A DNA stretch of 5,407 nt from Octopus sinensis (lineage: Eukaryota): assembly GCF_006345805.1 (NCBI RefSeq), contig NW_021830076.1:1-5407 (forward strand). Direction: 5' to 3'. The translations under genes and the position numbers were made by a program. How positions within the stretch are numbered: position 1 is the stretch's first letter; every line of letters begins with the position of its first letter. The notes under the pieces were generated by a model. It was given only the letters and a program-made list of their open reading frames with translations, was not told the DNA's origin and did no database searches. Positions 1-5,407 of this stretch are shown here, in pieces.

Positions 1-101
1 CTATCACGAAATTCACTCACAAGTTATTGGTCGGCCTCGGGCTACAGTGGAAGACCCATACCTAAGGCGTCGCGTGGTGGGACTGAACCCTAAAACACGT
101 G
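1..101 (-). mobile_element. tRNA-derived SINE-A, copy 1 (head/core fragment, cut by the window edge)
   Basis: aaattcactcacaagttattggtcggcctcgggctacagtggaagacc...ggtgggactgaaccc aligns by eye with 1035-1125 and 2244-2330. Minus-strand B-box GGTTCAGTCCC at 79-89. A-box side lost. Confidence 0.8.
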
Positions 102-506
102 CATATGGATAATCTGAAAATGATCTCAAGATACACGACAGCAAACACTGCTGCAGACAGCTACACGCATTTACTTGATGAATGGAGGTTAAATTCACTT
201 TACGAAATTGTGAGAAAACAATCTTGAAGACAGGAAAATTAATTAAAAACCCAAATGTCATGTTTGATAAAGAAACGGATATAAAGAATTAGGTGAAACG
301 CAGACTTTTACACATAGTTTAGAACTAATGATCAAAACAGACGACAATGAACATAAATGAGAGAAAAGGCCAGGAATGGAATATTACTTATGTATTCAAT
401 TAATTATTAAACAGACGAGCTTCTACAAAATTTTATTTAATTGAAATCAATTAAATATGGAATGCTGTGTGTGGAAAGAACCGGGTTTTTTAAAACTACA
501 GTGATA

Positions 507-549
507 ACTCCGCACATGTTTCATTCTTGCTCGACCTCATCAGCAAACC
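507..549 (-). ncRNA. Minimal type I hammerhead ribozyme-like motif, copy 1 (probably degenerate)
   Basis: Minus strand reads GGTTTG-CTGATGA-GGTCGAGCAAGAAT-GAAA-CATGT-G-CGGAGT. Core boxes are intact, stem III is the palindrome ACATGT, and stem I pairs G-C, U.G, U.G, U-A. Against it: stem II is weak and position 17 is G, which breaks the NUH rule. Confidence 0.45.
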
Positions 550-710
550 ATTGCTTAATCGTAACTGCAATATCTTAGATTGTATGGAAAGTTGTGTGGA
601 TGTTTTCATTAATGAAACCAGTGACGATATAATATATTTAAAACGACTGGGGAAATATGACCAGGGAGGTATATTGCTTAAACGGGAATATTAAAGAGGG
701 CGCTAGATTA

Positions 711-949
711 GACTTGCGGTCATATTGGGGCAAATATGCGGCCTTGAAAGGTTTTAGTTGAGCAAATCGACCTAAGCACTTATTTCTTAAAGTCTTGTAC
801 TTTTAATGTCTTTTACTGAACCGCTAAGTTACAAGGGCGTTAATAAACTAACACCGTTTGTCAAGGGTTGAAGAACAGACGAGAGTAAAAAGACGCGCGG
901 GCGCGTACACATACACATACATACATATATACATACATACATACATACA

Positions 950-983
<34 letters not shown>

Positions 984-1150
984 CGCACACACATACATAC
1001 ATATACGACAAGTTTCTTTCAGTTTCCGTCTACCAAATTAATTCATAAGGTTTTGGTCGACCCGACGTTATAGCAGAAAGATACTTGCCCAAGCTGCCGC
1101 GCAGTAGGGTTGAACCGGAAACCATGTGGTTAGAAAACAGACTTATTACC
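711..1150 (-). mobile_element. tRNA-derived SINE-A, copy 2 (near full length, diverged)
   Basis: Collinear with 1968-2356: tail domain 711-870, internal (TACA)n, then head/core 1005-1150. B-box GGTTCAACCCT on minus at 1106-1116 and core-like CTTGGGCAAGT at 1083-1093. A-box not retained. Confidence 0.85.
906..1004. repeat. (TACA)n microsatellite inside SINE-A copy 2
   Basis: Direct read: tandem catacata units with a few interruptions. Confidence 0.95.
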
Positions 1151-1550
1151 AGTTATGCAGTAAGTTAAGAAACTTTGACCAATTAGGTAGGAATGGTCTT
1201 TAAAGAAAATTGATGCGGAACATAAAGGCCCAAAAATCTCAGAATTTAGACATCTACACAACTTAGAGAAAATAGCACTGGTAGACAATGTGGATAAATA
1301 TTATGCGGAGCAAATCACGTAATACAGAAATGCAAAATATGCCTAATAATAAGACGGCAGAAGCACCTCTATGTAAATTGTGAATAATTTCGGATGGGTA
1401 CTTACAAAGCGATGCGATCTGGGGCCGTTGAAACTAAAAAACAAAATTATGACGTGGAAGGCGTTTAACTTTACTTAAGCAGTTATTGTTTGGTGTGAAA
1501 AACTTTCGTCATACCAACTGCAACCTGGTCACTGACACTGCACCACTGCA

Positions 1551-1694
1551 ACACATGCATACATGCATACATACATACGCACGTACATACATACATTCAT
1601 ACGAACAAACGTACGTACGTACATAGATAGATAGATACATACATACACACATACATACATACATGTATGCATACGTGTGTGTGTATATATATAT

Positions 1695-1750
<56 letters not shown>
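1551..1750. repeat. Compound microsatellite (TACA)n-(TAGA)n-(TACA)n-(TA)n-(GT)n-(GC)n
   Basis: Direct read. Pure (GT)20 at 1701-1740 followed by gcgcgcgtgt. Confidence 0.95.
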
Positions 1751-1751
<1 letters not shown>

Positions 1752-1899
1752 GAGGTGCAATGGCCCATTGGTTAGGGAAGCGGACTCGCGGTCGTAGGAA
1801 CGCGGTTTCGATTCCCAAACCGGGCGTAGTGAGTGTTTATTGAACGAAAACACGTAAAGCTCCGACAGGGTGGTGGTGGCGATCCCTGCTGTACTCTTT
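1751..1899 (+). mobile_element. tRNA-derived SINE-B, 5' portion only (3'-truncated)
   Basis: ggaggtgcaa-TGGCCCATTGG (A-box-like, 1761-1771)-ttagggaagcggactcgcggtcgtaggaacgc-GGTTTCGATTCCC (B-box-like, 1804-1816), then about 80 bp of body ending abruptly at (AT)n. Unrelated to SINE-A. It resembles my recollection of a second abundant Octopus SINE that is normally longer. It does not fold into an intact cloverleaf, so it is not called a tRNA. Confidence 0.75.
1761..1816 (+). promoter_or_regulatory. Internal type 2 Pol III promoter (A and B boxes) of SINE-B
   Basis: TGGCCCATTGG versus consensus TRGCNNAGYGG, and GGTTTCGATTCCC versus GGTTCGANNCC with one extra T. Spacing is tRNA-like (32 bp). Confidence 0.6.
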
Positions 1900-1935
1900 A
1901 ATATATATATATATATTTACAAATACATATATATA
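1900..1935. repeat. Interrupted (AT)n tract joining SINE-B and the SINE-A tail
   Basis: aatatatatatatatatttacaaatacatatatata. Confidence 0.9.
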
Positions 1936-2149
1936 TTCTTTTATTCTTTTACTTGTTTCAGTCATTAGAGTGCGGCCAAGCTGGGGCACCGCCTTCAAGA
2001 ATTTGAGTCCAATAAATCGACCCCAGTACTTTTTATTATTTTTAAGCCTAATACTTATTCTGTCTATCCCTTTAGCCGAACTGCTAAGTTACGGGGATAT
2101 AAACATACCAACACCTGCTGTCAAGCGGTGGTGGGGGACAGACACACAG

Positions 2150-2151
<2 letters not shown>

Positions 2152-2206
<55 letters not shown>

Positions 2207-2212
2207 CATACA
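2152..2212. repeat. (CA)n(TA)n microsatellite inside SINE-A copy 3
   Basis: Direct read: (CA)n 2152-2184, (TA)n 2185-2206. Confidence 0.95.
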
Positions 2213-2311
2213 CGACGGGCTTCTTTTAGCTTCCGTGTATCGGATCCACTCATAAGGCTTTGTTCGGACCGAGGCTATAGTAGAAGACACCTGCCCAAGG
2301 TGCCACGCAGT

Positions 2312-2365
2312 GGGATTGAACCCGAAACCATGCGGTTGGGAAGCAGGCTTCTTACCAGACAGCTA
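2312..2365 (-). promoter_or_regulatory. Internal type 2 Pol III promoter (A and B boxes) of SINE-A copy 3
   Basis: A-box-like TAGCTGTCTGG and B-box GGTTCAATCCC, 32 bp apart on minus. Confidence 0.65.
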
Positions 2366-2369
2366 CTCA

Positions 2370-2414
2370 TGTGTGTGTGTGTGTGTGTGCGTGTGTGTGT
2401 GTGTGTGTGTGTGC

Positions 2415-2448
<34 letters not shown>
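2370..2448. repeat. (GT)n microsatellite with occasional GC units
   Basis: Direct read, about 39 dinucleotide units abutting the 5' end of SINE-A copy 3. Confidence 0.97.
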
Positions 2449-2451
<3 letters not shown>

Positions 2452-2836
2452 AACATGTTACCAGCTCAAATATGCTTGAGGCATAATTCAAGCCGTAAGA
2501 AAGCCACTCTCTGTGTTCTCCTCATGGAGAAAGTTTCTTGCTGTAGACAAACAGATGTAAATACACTAAATTATTTCGCAGCCTCGCTAACCAAACTGTT
2601 GGATGCATGCATTTCGGAGTGATTATCTCCTCTTCGGCAGCAGAGATAAGAAAGATACGAGGTGAACTGATATTCCTATGATACTCTCGTCATCTTTCAA
2701 TCAATGGTTCTGCTCTTCAGCGACTCGCCCTCAATAAAATACGGAGCGACTGCGCTGAGCAGTGATATTTAAGATTGCACCTCTTGCCATTGTTTAACTT
2801 CTCTTCATCTTCTGGCCTAGTGTACCTAGAGCTACA

Positions 2837-2986
2837 TTAACTCTTTAGCATTCAGACTACTCTTTCAAAGGTAATGCTTGTTTATTCACGTTGAAACATT
2901 GGGATTTCAATAGTTCAATGACGTGGATTCTATTTTCGGAATGATATTGTAGGGTAGGTATGAGAAGCTGGACCTGACCAGTTTGA
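2837..2986 (+). mobile_element. Probable truncated non-autonomous DNA transposon (piggyBac-like MITE) left part
   Basis: Starts TTAA-CTCTTTAGCATT, similar to the TTAA|CCC ends of piggyBac elements. The following sequence (cagactactct...gtagggtaggtatgagaagctggacctgaccagtttga) resembles my recollection of a common Octopus repeat with TTAACCCTTTAGCATT terminal inverted repeats. No matching right end in the window, so this rests on memory. Confidence 0.4.
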
Positions 2987-2993
2987 CGTTTGT

Positions 2994-3259
2994 AATGATA
3001 ACGATGATGATGATGATGACGACGACGACGATGACGATGATGAATATGATGATGTTGATGATGATGATGATGACGATGACGACGATGATGATGATGATGA
3101 TGATGATGATGACGATGATGATGATGATGATGATGATGATGAGCAGGAGGTTGTTGATGATGTTGATGATAATGATGATGACGACGAGCAGGAGGTTGTT
3201 GATGATGTTGATGATGATGATGATGACGACGAGCAGGAGGATGTTGCTGATGTTGATGA

Positions 3260-3297
<38 letters not shown>

Positions 3298-3648
3298 CGA
3301 CGATGACGATGATGATGATGATGATAATGATGTTGGCGGTGATGATGATGATGATGATGATGATGGTGGTGATGATGATGAAGATGACAGCGATGACAAC
3401 GATGACAATGACGACGACGGCGAGGATGACATGATGATGATAACGATGATAACGATGATGAAGATGACGACGACGTCGATGATGACACGATGATGATGAT
3501 GATGATGATGATAACGAGGTTGACGTCGACCATAATGATGATGATAATGACGATGACAATGACGACGATGCCGATGATGACGACGAGGATAATGATGATG
3601 ATGACGACAACAGCGACGACGACGATGGAGGCAGATGATGATGACGAT
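2994..3648. repeat. Long degenerate (GAT/GAC)n trinucleotide microsatellite
   Basis: About 650 bp of gat/gac/aat/ggt triplets with phase slips near 3260, 3430 and 3488. Source of the poly-M, poly-H, poly-I and poly-S ORFs. Confidence 0.97.
3141..3260. repeat. 45-bp higher-order tandem repeat (about 2.7 copies) inside the GAT tract
   Basis: gagcaggagg starts at 3141, 3186 and 3231 (exact 45-bp period), each followed by a tgttg(a/c)tgatgttgatga string. Confidence 0.9.
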
Positions 3649-3760
3649 TCCGTATAAGGAAGAAGGAATCAAAAGAAAAAAAATTTTAATTCGAGAATTA
3701 ATTACTCTGTTAATAAGTTCGGATTACTTCATTTGTAAATTGTTAGAGAAGGCCCGGGAA

Positions 3761-4125
3761 GCATGCGTATGTGTGTGCGCGTATATGATTGTCAGTGTGT
3801 GTGTGTGTGCACGCGTGAGTGCGTATGTCTGTGTGTGCGTAAGCGTGTATGCTCGGATGTGTGTCTGTGCGTATATGTGTATGCCAGTGTGCGTAGGCGT
3901 GAGTGGTTTTGGGTGTGCATATGTGTGTTGTGAGTACGTGTGTTAGGCGTATATGTTTGTGTGTGTATGTGTGTGTGAGTGCACGTGCATGAGTATATGT
4001 ATGTGTGTGGCCGAGTGCGTGTGTTTATGTATATGTGTGTATGTGTGTGTGTATGTGTACACGTGTATAAGTATATGTATGTGTGTGTGGGCGAGTGCGT
4101 GTGCATATGTAATATGTGTGTGTGT
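3761..4125. repeat. Degenerate alternating purine-pyrimidine (GT/GTAT/GCGT)n tract with a 78-80 bp internal duplication
   Basis: Direct read. agtatatgtatgtgtgtg at 3992 and 4070, cgagtgcgtgtg at 4012 and 4092, cacgtg at 3982 and 4060. Confidence 0.93.
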
Positions 4126-4318
4126 TTCACTGGAATATTAATTAACTGAGAAGGAAATGGCGTTCAACATGGCGTTCACAACGTTGAACATTATGTTCAG
4201 TTAGAGCAGGCATAGTTAAATAATTAAATAGTTAATTAAAAACACTAATGAAATAAGAAAAGACAACATTACATTAGCTAAATAAGTAAGATATCAGTAA
4301 GTACGGGAGACAATATTG

Positions 4319-4349
4319 AACATGTTTCGTCCTCGTTTGACCTCATCAT
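4319..4349 (-). ncRNA. Minimal type I hammerhead ribozyme-like motif, copy 2 (5'-disrupted)
   Basis: Minus strand reads A-TGATGA-GGTCAAACGAGGAC-GAAA-CATGT-T. It matches copy 1 at 24 of 29 nt, and all 5 differences are transitions. C3 is replaced by A and the 5' strand of stem I is replaced by microsatellite. Confidence 0.4.
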
Positions 4350-4418
4350 GTGCGTGTGTGCGTGCGTTCGCGCGCGTGTGTGTGTGTGTGTGGTGTGTGC
4401 GTGCGCGTGTATACGTGT
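4349..4418. repeat. (GT/GC)n microsatellite, probably the internal repeat of SINE-A copy 4
   Basis: Direct read. It lies immediately 5' of the SINE-A tail, as the internal microsatellite does in copies 2 and 3. Confidence 0.9.
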
Positions 4419-4420
4419 CG

Positions 4421-4603
4421 GTGTCTTTGTGATTGTATGCTTCAATACTCAGTCACTTGATAACCGCTGTTGGTTTAAGTTCTTGTAACCTTGCTTTTCC
4501 GCCTTAGAGATCGATAGACTTTACAACTAACTACTGGAGGCAATTTGTTTGGTTAAACCTGTCAATGTGGTGCCAGCATGGCCCCAATCCAATGATTGAA
4601 ACA
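4421..4603 (+). mobile_element. SINE-A copy 4: diverged tail domain only, opposite orientation to copies 1-3
   Basis: tcaatgtggtgccagcatggccccaatccaatgattgaaaca (4562-4603) aligns with the reverse complement of 1955-1998 (tgaaggcggtgccccagcttggccgcactctaatgactgaaaca). cacttgataaccgctgttggttt (4454-4476) aligns with the reverse complement of 2104-2128. No tRNA head upstream. Confidence 0.75.
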
Positions 4604-4836
4604 CTTAACAGCTAAATGATACAAGGAAGCTGTCGTTTAAATCCAAGACATATTAATATAGTGGAGTTGTATTTCGCTTGTCAAAATGTTGTTAACATAT
4701 ATGTTTGTTGATTATACCTACATTCAAAGATGTTTGCCGTAAGGCCAATGCAAGTTTTTCCAATTCTGGATAAGAGTTACAATCAAGAAGGAGTTTAAAC
4801 TCTACCATAATCAACACATCAAATGTAAAATTCTAC

Positions 4837-4932
4837 CCCGAAGACAGAGGCGTAGTTATCCGATATTGGACCCAAGTAACTATCATTATTCCGGAACACA
4901 AAGCCCCAGAAACAGCTGTTGGACTCGTAAAA
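4837..4932. other. Weak candidate coding exon, strand unresolved
   Basis: A locally GC-richer unique segment, open in register on both strands. Plus frame is open 4774-5085 (..FYPEDRGVVIRYWTQVTIIIPEHKAPETAVGL..). Minus 4932-4837 is a 96-nt AG...GT-bounded frame (FYESNSCFWGFVFRNNDSYLGPISDNYASVFG). No protein recognised. Confidence 0.2.
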
Positions 4933-5121
4933 CTGTACATATTATTTATATTCTGTGAGTCGGACTGTTTTACATCCATGCACATGTACATTCTTTTTGT
5001 ATTAAATGTACTTAATATTCCGTGCAAATCGACTTGCTTCATTCACTTATCATTACATTTTCTCATCTACCTGAGCACTTGGAAGTGATTTCTAGAGAAC
5101 ACCTGTCTCTAACCTATAAAC

Positions 5122-5355
5122 TATATACACAGACACACACACGCAAACACACACACACACACGCACACACATACATATGCACACACATATATATATGTAT
5201 TTGTATATGTGCGTATATGTGCATACATATATATATATGTGTGTGTGTGTGTGTGTTATTATATTATTATATACATATTGTATATATAAGAATATATAAA
5301 TATATATACAGATTATATATTATATATATCTGTGTGTGTGTGTGTGCATATATTA

Positions 5356-5401
<46 letters not shown>

Positions 5402-5407
5402 AATATA
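5122..5407. repeat. Compound microsatellite (AC)n-(AT)n-(GT)n-(AT-rich)-(GT)n-(ATT)n
   Basis: Direct read. (ATT)n at about 5357-5399. Confidence 0.95.

Larger units (their letters stand above)
1936..2371 (-). mobile_element. tRNA-derived SINE-A, copy 3 (most intact; CORE-SINE-like, comparable to Octopus OR-type SINEs)
   Basis: Minus strand order: A-box-like TAGCTGTCTGG (2355-2365), B-box GGTTCAATCCC (2312-2322), ACCTTGGGCAGGT (2289-2301, resembling the MIR/CORE motif ACCTTGGGCAAGT), internal (TA)n(TG)n, a tail domain of about 190 bp, and a terminal TAAAAGAATAAAAGAA repeat (1936-1951). Homologous to three other copies in the window. Exact family name not verified. Confidence 0.9.

Noticed and set aside
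13-261. 82-aa minus-strand ORF
   Set aside because: Its 3' third is SINE-A sequence and the rest has no recognisable motif.
604-617. Perfect 14-bp palindrome TTTCATTAATGAAA
   Set aside because: Short AT-rich palindromes of this size are plausible by chance in a window this long, and there is no supporting context.
1191-1322. Short plus frame containing FRHLHNLEKIALVDN, matching an LRR consensus FxxLxxLxxLxLxxN
   Set aside because: A single repeat in a 43-codon stop-bounded frame. The residues after N do not fit and the splice sites are poor. Only a spliced-read or TBLASTN hit would rescue it.
1530-1550. Three CACTG units
   Set aside because: Too short. Probably local slippage next to the microsatellite.
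1751-1825. Possible tRNA gene
   Set aside because: It has A/B boxes, but I cannot form proper acceptor or anticodon stems and it continues into a SINE-like body. The same applies to the SINE-A heads.
829-2622. ORFs of 60-160 aa rich in alternating YMYV, HT or CV
   Set aside because: They are translations of di- and tetranucleotide microsatellites and SINE sequence, which lack stops in most frames. No domain content.
2684-2726. Third hammerhead-like arrangement on minus: CTGAAGA-N15-GAAA-GATGAC
   Set aside because: No credible stem II, no stem III palindrome or UH site, and no similarity to the other two spacers. Consistent with chance.
2654-2790. TACGAGGTG resembling a mariner terminal repeat, with CACCTC at 2778-2783
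   Set aside because: Only about 6 bp of inverted match and no transposase remnant.
3141-3260. CRISPR-like regularly spaced repeats
   Set aside because: Eukaryotic context, the intervening sequences are near-identical GAT runs rather than unique spacers, and there are no cas genes.
2857-3672. Long poly-His, poly-Ile, poly-Ser and poly-Met ORFs (93-271 aa)
   Set aside because: These are alternative frames of the (GAT/ATC)n tract. Each ORF switches homopolymer type at phase slips, which is diagnostic of non-coding repeat.
3635-4141. CV-rich and HT-rich ORFs
   Set aside because: Translations of the degenerate GT tract.

Overview
Non-coding, repeat-dense animal genomic DNA. It is most likely Octopus (coleoid cephalopod), judged from my recollection of the SINE families rather than from a search. 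No protein-coding gene can be supported: almost every ORF in the supplied track is a translation of a microsatellite. The window holds four copies of one tRNA-derived SINE (here SINE-A: 1-101, 711-1150 and 1936-2371 on the minus strand, and a diverged tail at 4421-4603 on plus). It also holds a 3'-truncated second tRNA-derived SINE (SINE-B, 1751-1899, plus), a probable truncated TTAA-ended MITE-like fragment, and many simple or compound microsatellites, two with higher-order repeat units. The least expected signal is a pair of homologous minus-strand motifs (507-549 and 4319-4349) matching the minimal type I hammerhead ribozyme layout (CUGAUGA-stem II-GAAAC-AU-GU-H, palindromic ACAUGU stem III) known from Penelope-like elements and retrozymes. 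Both look degenerate. A weak candidate exon lies near 4837-4932.
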